DNA of 64,000 nucleotides from NCBI RefSeq assembly GCF_964194025.1, contig NC_134472.1, positions 11,408,001-11,472,000 on the forward strand. Reading direction: 5' to 3'. Shown in pieces: positions 1 to 12,700 of the stretch; position 1 is the first letter of the stretch, and each line of letters starts with the position of its first letter. This DNA is from Convolutriloba macropyga (Eukaryota). A program made the translations under genes and the position numbers. The notes beneath the pieces are model-generated. The model saw only the letters and a program-made list of their open reading frames with translations, ran no database searches and had not been told where the DNA came from.

Positions 1-1
1 C

Positions 2-960
2 GCAGAAAGAAAGTGCCCGTTCTGTAAAGCAGGAGTTCTTGACATCTATGGTGATCATGCCATTGCGTGCCACGGTCGCGGAGACGCAATTGCAAGACAC
101 GACCGGATTCGAGATAAAAATCTTGTCTGCTTGCTCACCTGCGAACCTCTCACCATTAGAGATAACAAACATCATTCTAGAGAGCTTATCACGCCCCGGA
201 GACATCTCTGTCCCTGCTTGGAAAGCGGGGAAACCTGGCGCATTTGAATACTTATTTCGTCGCTAAAATCCAACTCTCACTAAAGCGGCTACAAATGCAG
301 GATACGCACTTTATTCGGCAGATGAACAAGAATGTCACTTCCATAACTGCTCAAAAATGGGAATGACATTTCTTCCTTTTTAAATCGAAATCCTCGGCCG
401 AATATCGGCAACTTTTAAAAAAAACATAAGACTAAACGTCGGAAGAATTGCTCTCGAACGACTAGTGGGAGCTCTAATCAATTGCAGCCTGCTTCAGTCG
501 GGGGGGGGGGGAGAGGGAGCCTCAATGGGACTAAGAAGTTCAATACTGGGCTTCAAATAACCACAGAGATTAACATATACCACTATTAAGATTTAAAGTG
601 AAAAAGGTCACCAGTTTCGGCGCATTTTTCATTTGACTTTTAGTATTAAGTTGCCGCCAATTGAGTTCAGCAGCTTGAAATTGTGATTGAGAGAGAATTT
701 TAGATCACGCAAAACACAAAAAGTCAAGGGCGTAAAAGTCACTCGACAAGTCAAAACGGTCAAGCGAAAATTTTGCAAAAAAGACACGTTTACAATAATT
801 GCTTCTCTACGAGAGCAACCAAACACTCAAAATGTTGGCTGTCTTATATAATAGTTGTTCTTTTCAGTCGCAGGGGTTGTCCGTAGCATTCAGTGAACTC
901 ATACTTATCAATTACCGCTATTCGGGGATCAGCAACTATGTAATTAGCATGAGCTCCCTA
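2..960 (+). mobile_element. Degenerate C-terminus of an RLE-type (CRE-like) non-LTR retrotransposon, interrupted by a Helentron-like insertion at 424-818
   Basis: Frame +2 from nt 2 reads AERKCPFCKAGVLDIYGDHAIACHGRGDAIARHDRIRD (CCHC finger plus RHD). After a frameshift it reads SRPGDISVPAW (RPGD, the PD-(D/E)xK endonuclease core), then MTFLPF*IEILG. After the insertion it reads TLKMLAVL...LSITAIRGSATM, resembling the LSxAxQRGNA end motif of CRE-type elements. Stops and frameshifts mark it as dead. Confidence 0.8.
424..818 (-). mobile_element. Helentron/DINE-1-like non-autonomous element, family A
   Basis: Left end has a degenerate hairpin plus subterminal IR aattgctctcgaacg (446-460). Right end is aataattgc...gagagcaa. 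It splits the CRE-like coding sequence. Confidence 0.7.
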
Positions 961-1293
961 GATATATTATATATTTTAAAAATTTTATATTTTAAATACT
1001 ATTATATACTATTATTTATACTGCATTTATACTATTTTATATTTTAAATACTGGCCCAAACAGGGCTTTATCCATTGCTTTATCCATTGTAAGGATATTG
1101 ACACCTTTCATACAAACTTGTTCTCAACCAATGAGCGGGGAGTAAGAACTGAAGACTGAAGTAAACCACAAGACAGAAATCAGAAACAGAAGATAGATAT
1201 ACCGTGAACATCGAGTGAAGTCATTTGTACGTAAGGTCAAAATACTACAACAATGGGCCGTCTCAGAAGTCATTAAACTCTTTTAAAGCATAA

Positions 1294-2340
1294 AACATGG
1301 CCGGCAGATTGCCGGAATAGCTGCGAATGAATAGACTTGCGTGCCGTATGATAGAGATAGAAACAGATACAGATATAAGTTGAAAAAGTTATCGACGCCG
1401 CTCAAAAAGCTATGTAAAAAATAAACGATAAATAAATAAAGCTTGTTAACATTCATTGCGCAGAAGCCTTTTCATTAGGGACCCTTATTACACATATGAG
1501 TTCCTCTCACCTTAAACTAATTCAAAATAAACTCAAATTTTAGAGTGCAAAAGTCGTTTTTATTGAGTGAGGTAAGTCACTTATGATCAAAATCTCATCA
1601 CGCAAAAAACTTTTGCTAAAGAGAGTGGGAAATGACGTCAAGCGCGCAAAAGCAGTTATTGAGAGGATGAAGTCATTCAGAAAATTTGACTTTTCAGCTT
1701 TGAGAAGTCAACAAATGTAAAACGAAAAAAGAGCGACGGACGACGAAACAAAAAACATAGCAGGACAAGTCCTGACGTACAATTCAAAGAATGTTCATAA
1801 GATAAACAGAAAAACTAGACCTAGAGTGGACTATTAGTGAGTAGAGAAAACCAATTTGAGAAAAAGCAGATCAAAAAAATAGGAAAAAACTGAAAAACAA
1901 TGTCAAAATGCCGCATGTGAACAAAAAAACCACTAGCGAGAAATGAAAATTCAATTCAAAAAAAAACTAGGCCTAGAATGAGCTGTGAATGGATTGGGAA
2001 AACGCATTAAAAAACCGATCCAAAAAAAACGAAAACACAGTAAACATCAAAGTGAAATTGCCGAATGTGAACAAAAAACCACTAGCGAGAAAGCAAATTT
2101 TTGTTCCAACATCGTTTTCTCACTCTACTTTAAAAATAGAGCGAAACATTTCCGGCTGCAAAAGCACTTGATTTTTCGCTCCATTGCCTGTTTCGGCGTG
2201 ACCAAAATCACTACTCCAATTTCACTCTGTGAACAGATCTCAAAAAAAGACAGCGCCCCAATACAATTCAAAATCTTTGAATTGTAAAAAACCAAGAGCA
2301 CCGCAATATAGCTACTCTCAGCTTACAGCTTGGCAGCTAT
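1294..2340 (-). mobile_element. Helentron-like non-autonomous element, family C (~1 kb)
   Basis: Hairpin ccggca-gat-tgccgg (1301-1315) next to subTIR atagctgc, with matching gcagctat ending at 2340. Homologous to 56119-57022. Contains an internal ~150-bp duplication. Confidence 0.75.
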
Positions 2341-2486
2341 AAAAATCAAAGTGCTCCCTGCAGAATTGTTTCTGATAACCAAGCTGATCTTTGCAATAAA
2401 AATGTGCATACAAAATTGTGTGAACGCACATCACCGAGCCACCTTGTGGAACTTTGTACTCTAATATCCTCTTAGCACTGACTGAC

Positions 2487-2642
2487 CTTACAAGTGAGAC
2501 AAATCCAAGTTTCCTGCTGTTGACAGTCTTGAAACTGGCAGGAACACTCCGCGTCCAGGTCGTTCTCAGAAAAGGAGTCCAAGTCCTGTTCGTTCATGGC
2601 CAACACATGGGCACAATCAAGTTTCACATTCACAGCAAACAT
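2487..2642 (-). CDS. First coding exon of a ZnF-UBP (BUZ, HDAC6-like ubiquitin-binding zinc finger) protein; downstream exons not found in the window
   Basis: MFAVNVKLDCAHV...CSCQFQDCQQQETWICLTCK matches the HDAC6-type pattern (FxV...CPH...CxxC...ENWxCLxC). Donor AAG|GTCAGT at 2487/2486. Acceptor ttttcag at 2718-2716. In-frame TAA upstream of the ATG. Confidence 0.8.
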
Positions 2643-2769
2643 TGCTTTATAGTAAGGCAATGATGGCAATTCTTACAAAAATTCTACTCAGTCAAGGTCC
2701 AAATGCAATTCAGATCTGAAAATCACGTAGTTTAATATAGGAGGTTCTTCAAAAGAACGATTGTTTAAC

Positions 2770-3590
2770 CTGTTCGTATAAATATTGTTGGTGCTCCTAA
2801 CTTATGAAAGAAAATGTCGAAAACAAGAGCCATGTTTATCTATGAACTGTTGCTTTACAAGATGAGATTCAAACTTCAACACTTTTGAGATGAAATATTT
2901 ATAGAGGTAAAAATATATTTCAATCTCATATCTCTCATCTAATCTCTTTAAACCCAAAATAAAATACATGAAAAACTGAACTAGAACTGCTATGAACAAA
3001 GTGTGACTAGAATTATTCACAACGTTCACAATTTCACCAAATGGCGAAAGAAAACTAATTTTACAAACAGATGTTCAAACTATTGTGAACAATTATTGAG
3101 AGTTTATTGAATTGCCTCAACTATATTCAGGCACAGAATAAATAAATTTTCATGTCACCATGTTCAATTCGTTAGTCAGTTGAATTGATGTTAGTTGAAT
3201 AACTTGCCGTGCAAGAGAGCAAGCAATTGAAAGTTGTCCTTTTAATTTCATTTCACCAGTTTGAACTCGAAATACCACAAAAGTCATTACAAAAGCATAT
3301 GCCGTATCTATCTGAATGCAAAGTTAGCAATATGATAAGTATTTGATTAGTTTATCTCCGGTTTGTTTGCGCTACCAGCCAAGCTTTAAACTTCACCGCC
3401 AAACTAAACTACAACACTATAACTAGGTTTCAGTACAAAGCAAAACTTAATACGATACTAAAACTATAGTCAACATATTTCCATCGTGTATATGTTGCTT
3501 ATGTATAAACAACCCACAAACTAAAACACAATACGTCATTTGCTCTAGATTAAAACAAAAGTAGCATCTATAACTAGACCAAACCCATCT
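2770..3590. promoter_or_regulatory. Probable bidirectional promoter and 5'-UTR region between the divergent ZnF-UBP and TMED genes
   Basis: Start codons diverge ~950 bp apart (2642 on -, 3599 on +), and no repeat was recognised in the interval. TSS positions cannot be determined from sequence. Confidence 0.5.
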
Positions 3591-3598
3591 TTACAGAA

Positions 3599-3768
3599 AT
3601 GTATATTTGCTTTAGCACAAAAATTTTACATTTTCTTTTATTCGCAGTACTCGGTCATCGATTACTATTCAACCAACAAGTTAGTGCCCAAGTTAGCGAT
3701 GTTCCCCCTTCGAGGGTAGTGGATTCTAGACAACCCAGATCTCTGGACGAGGAGACATTCAGAGCCAG
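3599..3768 (+). CDS. TMED exon 1 (signal peptide)
   Basis: ATG at 3599, hydrophobic N-terminus, donor AG|GTGAGA in phase 2. Confidence 0.8.
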
Positions 3769-6700
3769 GTGAGAACTTTTGTATTTCAATTCCAGTTCTT
3801 AATAAGTTGCTGCGAGTTATATTTTGCGACAGATAAGACAACGGCAAAAAATAACACAAGACGACTAACATCGGACAAATTGCTCTCGAACAACAGGCGG
3901 GGCAATTTAATTTATAGGGGTATAAATTTTTTTAGTGGTTGTAAAAAATTGCAGTGAACTCAAAGATTATTTTAGAACTAAAGAGCAAACATGGTCAAGC
4001 AAAAATTTTGCATAAAAAGACGACACGGTTACAATAATTGCCTCAAACTTCGTTCAAGAGCAATTAATGAAAAATTGAGCAAAAAATCAGAACAAATATT
4101 AATGCAATTAACCACTAGAGAATTGAATGTACTAGATTTGAATGTAAGAACTCATCAGCGTACCAGGCAGAGCTGAGAGGAATCCGGGGTGGGGGGGGGG
4201 GGGGGTGAAACGAAGCAGGGCAATAATAAAAGAGGCAAAAAATGCTTCAACGAATTTTTTGGAACACCTATCAAATACCCAAAGCATTACAATCACTGCA
4301 TTGTCATGGATAATGCGAAAATTTTTGTTTGATGTATTGAAAGTGCACGAAGATATTTGAAAAAATGGCATTCAATTCACTGCCAAAATGTTAAGCAAAA
4401 TCTTTGCGTGAGATCTTCCACCGGTGTTCACTCCAATATATCGCAATTTATTTAACATATCTCAATGGATGCCAGAAGTTCGAACTGACTTCAATGGAGT
4501 TGCATAACTTATACAATCAAAACATTGTAGTCGATTGAAACGCTACCAACACTATGATCTTCTCAGTTTGAATAGTTAAAGAGCACGCGTCATTGCATAG
4601 TAAAACATATACCCGTCGGATGAATTGCTCTCAAACTACAGACAGGGGCAATTTAGTGTACATGGGGGGCATAGCTTAGAACTGGTTCATGGGTGCCAAA
4701 AAGCTCCCCTACTGGGTTGGCCGTCTGACAGCTTGACCACTCAGCTACAAAGGCTTTGATTTCCTTTTGCTCACAATCTCTTTAACCAAACAATTTTATT
4801 TCAGAACGAGAGCTACTAGGATCACTCAAAAATCAACAACTCAAGTGAGAAAATTATAGAACAGCAGCTCAGAAGCGTCAAACAAAAATGTTGCATAAAA
4901 TTGGCTGACATGTTCACAATAAAAGCTTCAAACTCCGTTGGAGACCAATTAATCATTATGTAAAAATATGTCATGAATGGGCGAGGGGGATAAAACAATA
5001 TGCCCCCCACCAACCTGGGGGAGGGGCACAAACAGACAGATCCAACAATTTTTTCGGGAAAGAAATTGCCGAGATTCAACTAACAATGGAAACAAATGTT
5101 GCAAATAGTTGAACAATAAAAAACAAGTTGTCAACGAGTACAAGGTTTCAATTGCTAGATCTGCACTTGTTCTCCGCTTTGTTTATATTTTGTAATGATC
5201 TTTCAATTAAAAACCACTCAAAAAATTGCATTCCACCAACTTTCAAATTTCGCTGTCAAACAATTATATATTGAGTTTCTCTGATTGATGAACTCAAACA
5301 TAACACCGATCTTACACTAAAAAATGACTAAATGGTTTAATTTCTGGCGAAATTAAACAATTATTTCTCGGACACTAATTCAATTGAATAGGCACGAATT
5401 AGAGACTGAAAACCGTGCAAAATTGAGCTGAATGTTGACTTCTATAAATGATTATTTTCATAAATGAAGGACTTTTTCAGAGTCGCAAAAGACGATTAGA
5501 CGAACGCAAATTTAACAAATGTTTTGAACGGTTGTCAAGGAACAACAAGGGCAGAGGTAGCCAAGACATATGGTGCCAAAATGAACTATCGCACCAAGTT
5601 TTTGCGAATACCGCTAACACTGGCGTCAGTGAAGAATTCTAATTAGATAGGTCTCTGACGTCCGAGCGTAAAACCACGTTCACACAGTCTAAATTAACTG
5701 ACGTCAGAACACATGCACGAGTCTACCAAGAAAACTAGAAAAAAAATTCCACGACAAATATGCCCGCGACCAACTTGACATCTGTTACTACACGCATAAT
5801 CAAAACGGCAAATAGCTGAAAAAAATTGGAGATTTGTTCCACACATAATTGCAAATAGCAAAAACAGAAAAAAAACAAAATGAAAGGCAAATACGGCAAA
5901 AGAGTCATAAGCACTGGGAACAAAAATTAGGGGTCGAAAAGCAAAAACGCTAATTACAAAATATACAGCTCATATGCGCATAATGATTAAAGTTCATAAT
6001 ACGCTTTATTTTGACCATTTTGAGGTCATGTAGCCCATATTTAGCTCAGGAACCGAGCGATAACTTTGTCCAATCATCGTGAAAATTTTGAACACAATAA
6101 AGAAGAGATTTGTGAAGGCAGAATGAAACTTTCTACTCTGCTCTCCAAATCCCAGCTTATTTTGTCAGTACTGCTTCCTGTCTCTAAAAACACGAATAAG
6201 GCAATATGGAAAATTATCGAGCATGGCAATATAAACTTTCCACGTGACAAAAAATTTCTCGAGGTAAAGGCTTTCGAAAGGCTTCAATGCAAACCAACTA
6301 ATAGGTATTTTTATTTATTCAACACGAATTGGTCTAATTGTCAAATTGGCCCACACCTGCAACAGTAAACTGCTGTGTGGCAAACTACACGAGTTTCAAT
6401 TTCAGAACACGAGAACACTTTATTGATGATTACGATTACGGAGATGAAGATGCGGCAGAAGGTGGAGAAATAGTCAGAACGGGCAAATCTTTCCGATCAC
6501 GACACTTCACGCCTTTCTTACAGGCCCGCGAAGAACTATGCTTCACTGTCAATTTGAAAAAGGCAGACACTCTTACAATCCACCTACTGGTAATTGATTC
6601 CTATTAAATTGATATGAACTTAACTTGAAACACACACGTGCAAGTTTTAACTTCTTCAAATTTTTTTCAACCTGCAAGTTTTCAACTCGTGCAATGCCAA

Positions 6701-9700
6701 AAGTTCCTATATACATAACCAGAAGTTGACTTCCATGACCTTTCGTTATTTTAAAACGTGCACCTATCGACTTTTAAGCAACATTAAAGACAAGTCGAAA
6801 TCTGGCCTAACATCTTGAATCACCACGCGCTCCTCGATAGAACACCAGAAGTTGTTTGAGACTTCAAGCAGAGTCAATTAACTTACGCAGAATTCTTAAG
6901 AAAGCAGCATAAGGGTATTCCATTGAACAACAGCTAGGACGAACGGGGGGGGGGGGACAAACGGTCAAACTTTCAAATGATACTGTGATTTGTATCATAT
7001 GGACTGACATGTCAATTCTTATCCATTGGTTAGTCGTGAAACTTAAATGTTTGAATGAAAAAAATTTGATGGCAAAACAAAATTTTAAATCAGGCCAGCA
7101 TTTCAATTAGAGAACAATCACATTTAACACCAGGGACAAACAAAGAATTATATTTGCAGTCAATCACTAAGAGCCCAGTAAAAGCAAAGAGAGGAGTTGT
7201 TGGGGGTAGTTCAATTTCTCACATCAAGTAAAGAGAAAAAAGAATTGCATCACTTTTGCCATCACATACTAAAGCCATCAACTTTACTGAAGAGCATCAA
7301 AAGATAGCCCTCAATAAGCACTTATATTCATGATTCCAACTGAAACCATGGATTTGTGGCTTCATGGCTTTAAATTGCGGATAGTGGGTGAAATATTCCA
7401 TAGTTACGTTTGATCTGTAAGCACAAGATTAGCGCCAATAGTTTTGGTACATCGTAAGGTTGCATGTAAAATTGTCATAATCGAATATTGAAACCAAACT
7501 TCCCTAACCGATTAACTCTGTGCTAAGGTACTCCGAGGAGGTGACGGTAAATTGTGGCTAGTCGTGCGAGACCAGCAGACTAAGGTGCACATAGACCCCA
7601 AAATGCCCGCCAAAGAACAGCAGAAAGTTATCAACGCTCCTCGAGACGGTGAGTTAATTTCCAAACCTACTGTTTAAAGGAAAACTGATCACTTCCGTTA
7701 ACTCCTCCTTATGGGCGTACATTATACATGACTTACATGCAGAAAATTTCAATTAACACTTCGGAGTTATTCATATAGTATAACGCCATAAAGAGACTTG
7801 GTATAAATATTCAAAGAATTCTAGCAACATTCTTCGCAAACAAAAAGTCAACAGATCTTCTCAAACTCTACCCGATCCCTGGAAACTTGATGTCATAATC
7901 TTCCACTGAAAAAATTTCTGATCTATTCTGTACCCCATCCCCCGCTTAGTGGGCAAAAACTTGATAACTTTTACGCCCCCACCCCAGCCACACGAGCTTG
8001 TTTTTTGCATAGTAACGTGCTATATAAAAATACATATTTTTAAGGTGGCCTTAGGCATTAAAACACTTGAGGGGGGGGGGTGTGCCCAGGAACGATCTCA
8101 ATTTTGTCATCAGCTCCTACATATTCTGTCAAGAGGAGTAAAAAATCGGACCCAAGTACACACCTAGCATTGCGAAACAATTACAGAAATGAAGTGTATA
8201 CCTTTAAAGCGAATTTAGAGCGGAACGTTTGTGAGAACTTGAACCAACAAATGGATGCAATAAAAACACCCCGATTCCCCAATCTGTTAACTTTTCCTCG
8301 ATATATACTTGATTATAAACAAAAGACGAAAAAGTAGACTAAAGAACAGCTCAATCGCCGCCGAATTTAACAATGCCTAAAATTATAAACTTTAGCTCAA
8401 AAACCAGCAACAATTTAAACAAATTTAAAGCCTTTACACATCGAAAAAAGTTCAAGTCTTAGTAACCTGAACTAAATGGCACCACTTATAACATTCAACA
8501 AAAATACATCGATCGACGTTGAAATTGAGTGAACAAATTTGCGAACGAAGTGCGATCGGAACATTAAATTGACAAAACGGACCCAAAATGGAATCCATGT
8601 TTTCTAAAGTCAATATTAAAAATCAAAAACAAGGAAGTTTTGAAAAATTTTACTATTAGTGAGTAATAAATACAAGATTGATCGAAAGATGATACGTGAC
8701 CTCCAATATACGTTCCCTTCCAACAAATTGCGAAAGCTTTGTAATATCACATACCTTGAAATGTGTGTGCAATATTGCAGAGAGGTCAAAGATTGAGAGC
8801 AAAAAATCAATCGTCATTGCATCAGAATTATCTGATTAAAGTTTTAGCGATTAGAGATATAAACGTTCTATTTTATTTCGAGCAGGAAGAAAGAAGTCCA
8901 CAGTTTTCGTACAACTGAAATGAAACAAAGGCACATTTGCAGCTAATGACACAGTTTGAGTTCACATTTAAGCAAAACCATAGACTATGGCATAATTTAA
9001 TCAGCTTGTATTGTTTCTCTATTCAAAAATAGAAAAACGTGGTTTTGAATGTTACCAACATCAAAATTTGTTAAAGCAAAACAGGGATAACTAAGCCAAA
9101 AATATGTAGGCAAAAGAAAAGAACTTTATAAAAATCGATTTTCTTTGTACATGATGTTTCATTTGGTACTGGCAGCAGTTTACTCTATAGATGTTAACAC
9201 TAGGAATCAGTAACCTGTACGATTTGAAAACTATAATCAAAGTAAACAGCAGAGCTGTCTTAAAACCAAAAAATTCAAAATGCCTGTTAAAGTCGAATCA
9301 AATATTGTTCGGAATTAATTGTTCCGACCCCTCTTGAGGGGGGGAGGAACTATATACTCAAATGCGTTTTTTTTTGTTCAGTCAATTTTGGCCGATCGAT
9401 ATATTCATCGTAGAGAGTTGGGACTGGTATCATTAGAAAGCTTGTCCAGCGTAGAATACGGAATTAAAAAGATTTTTTTGATTTTCGTTTTTGACAGGGA
9501 GATATCGAGGTTTAAACTTTCGAGAAATTAGAGTGAATTCCGTTGATTTCATTCACCTTTTTTCGGAATTTTTGACTAAAATTTTGCCAATTTTGATAAA
9601 ATTTAATAAAAATTTTCAAGAAACTGTTGTTGATTTTACGCTTACAGACAATAGATATTGTCGGCTATTTTCATTGACTTTTTTTTGTTACAAATTCTGG

Positions 9701-12700
9701 CTAAATATTTCACAAAACTGACTTTTTCATCAAAAACAGCACGAAATAAGTTTCTTTAGTCCACTCTGATTAAATTTGCAGGAAGTGCACACCCAAACAC
9801 CACTAACACAATCTTTGTAGACTGAAAAGGGGGTTAATTTCACTTCAACTTCCGTTGAGAGTGCTCTGTAAATAAAACTTTGCCGTTTTTTGCTAACTTT
9901 ATTTGTTGATTATCAAAACCGCAGCATTTTTTCTTGATTTTTTAACTAACAAAATATCTATATCAATGAAATTCTAAAAATTAAACATTCCTAATGGCCA
10001 ATTAGCATTAGCAGGACTAGTTCTGTACCAATGTTGGACCGTTACAAGCCAAAAAAAATCGTATTGTCAGTCGGTTTTTTATAAAAAAAAATTCGATCTT
10101 TTTTATAATAATTAAATAACAGAACATTTCAAATCAAAGCTCACTAGTGATAGGTCTTATTGGCGTCCTAATTAGTTCCAAAATAGTTTATCTAGTTGAT
10201 TGCTTGAAAGCTTATGGTCGTTTTGACTTTTGAAATGTTTGATTTTTATATAAAAAATGGCTTATTGAACTTTGCCTCCATTTTCTCTTAATTTGGTCAA
10301 TTTGTAGCTTAGTGTCAGCAATCAAAGAGTCCTCTTTTTTCTTCTGAATTCACATTTAGCCTATATTGCAGTTTTAGGCTTTAAGTTATGGTGTTCTGGC
10401 TTTGATACTACTAGATTTCACATTTCTTTTTATTTTTTTTTAGGTATTTGCCCATTTTTCATGTTTTCTAGTTTTGTAAAATTATCATAATTTTCGCGTT
10501 CAAAATAACGCACAATTGATAATATTTAAGTTCTTAATGATATAGATTGTGGTTCTTTACCGCTTCGACAGTACTTTCTCGAAGAATTTAATTGAATTTT
10601 TTAATTTTGTCTTTAACTGTTGTTTTTAACTTTGTCTTTTTAGTCGTATTTAATTTCCTGTACAATGACCCTGTTTGTTTGGCTTTTCCTGGAAGAGTAG
10701 ATGAGCCGATGGTCTGATATTAGAAGATAGATATTGGCTTTCAGGACAATTGTTTTCCAAAATGAAAAAAAAAAACATTGCAATTTCGCAATTTTGTTCC
10801 TTTTATTGTCTGTTTGTTACCAGGTCTCCTTAATTAAAGGTTAAAGATGACATTATTTTTGTCAAGGGAAGGTTTCAAAAGGGATTGTTGTCAAAAAATC
10901 TAGTGGTTTTAAAGAATTCGTTATGAATTTTCTGGCTTCGACACGGGTTTTTCACAAAAAAAGTCAATTAATTTTTGATTTTTGTCATATTTGACGTCCT
11001 TTTTGAAGACGTAAGACTTGTTCTGGATAATTGCAGGGCTCAAGGGTTTCCTTTGGAAGAACAAACGAACCTATTCAATTTTTTTATTATGTAATTAATG
11101 GCCTTCATGTCTTTGTAAATAAATTTTTTTCGATAAAGTTTTACACAATCTTGCTTTTTTTTTCTTCTTGGCCTAATTTTTACCTAGTTTCATTAATGAG
11201 AGCTCACATAATACATTTCAAGGGAAGGTTGCAAAAGAGATTGGTGTCACAAAATCTAATGTTTTAAGAGAATTCGTTGACTTTACTGGCTTCCACACGG
11301 GTTTTTCACAAAAAAAAGTAAATGAATTTTTGACTTTTGTCATATTTGACGTTTTTTTGGTAGACGTAAGACATATTCTGGATAATCGCAGGTCTCAAGG
11401 GCTTCCTTTGGAGAAATGGACGAACATATTCAAATTTTTCATTTTGTAATTAATGGCTTTTATGTCTTTGGAAATAAATTTGTTTTGAAAAAAAAACAAG
11501 TATTACATAATTTTGCATTTTTTTCTTTTTTTTTCTAATTGTTGATTATTTCCATTAAAGAGCGGCCACAAAATACATTATCGTTGTTCGATGAAGATGC
11601 AATCGAACATATTTTGTGGTCCAAAGTATGGCTTTACGGCTTCCAAAGCATTTTCTGGAAGTTTTTTATTGATTTATAGTTTATTGTCTATTTGTTGTCC
11701 TTTTTGTAACTGCATAAAAAATTGATTACCAAGAGTTCTTAATTCCCTTCTATAGAAAAATTGGCAATTGTAAACCGATGGGATATTGTAGTTGATTCCT
11801 AATGGTTTTCATTACTTTGAAACTAATTGTTTTTTTTTTCTAAAAAATCAGCGAACTTTCTAACATTAAAGTTTCTGCTCTTTTTTTTCTAATTGTTACC
11901 AAGCTTTATTATGAACTGGTGAATAACCATTTTTTTTCTGGTGAATTACAAGTTATTTTGTTTATTTTCAGTTTTATCTGACGCTATTTTGACTTTGTTA
12001 TTAAATTTTGTTTTTTAAAACGGACATAAATTTTTTGATTTTATTAATGTTTGTTGTTGTTGTTTGATTTTGCCGTTCGTCTTCGCTCGCTTGCTTAATA
12101 TCTTAATATCTTAATATCTAATACATCATTTTTTACTCCACTGAGTTATTTGCTTTGGAGGCTATCTTTTCGTTCATACACCAAATTTTTTTTTTTGAAA
12201 AATACTTGAATTTTTTGTGTTTTTCCATCTGTTCCTCATTTGGTAGACAAGTATGCCAAAATTGTGGATAAGCGGGGTCGGAACCTTATGTGCAATCGCA
12301 CATTACCGAGCCGCCTTGTTAAATAAAAAATTAAACGCAAAATTGTTTTCACAGTAGAATCTAAGTATATCATGTAAAATGATAAAAATTAAAACATTAA
12401 ATGTTCTACAAAAATAGCTTAAACCACAGTTGTGACTGGCATGCAGTGCCACTACTAAGCCAAACAGTTAGCGTAGCGTGAAGATTTAATTGATTAATTA
12501 TGAGACCAAGGAAAAATTATCACAACCGTGCTCTCCAATAAGATAAATCAACAGCAAAGAAGGAAATAAAGGAAAGAAAGAAAAAAAAGAAAGGAAAGAA
12601 AGAAAAAGTAATAATTTCTCCTTTAAGTAAAATGGTAGTACTTATAAGTTTAAAACCATAGGCGTGGAGAGGACAAATAAACGGAGTAAAGTGACCCACT

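Noticed and set aside
1088-1249. Possible solo LTR (TGT...ACA)
   Set aside because: No TSD, no second copy, and no PBS/PPT evidence.
1985-2287. Similar ORFs at 1985-2287, 1989-2171 and 56648-56923 looking like a small gene family
   Set aside because: They lie within family C repeats and their frames are not conserved between copies.
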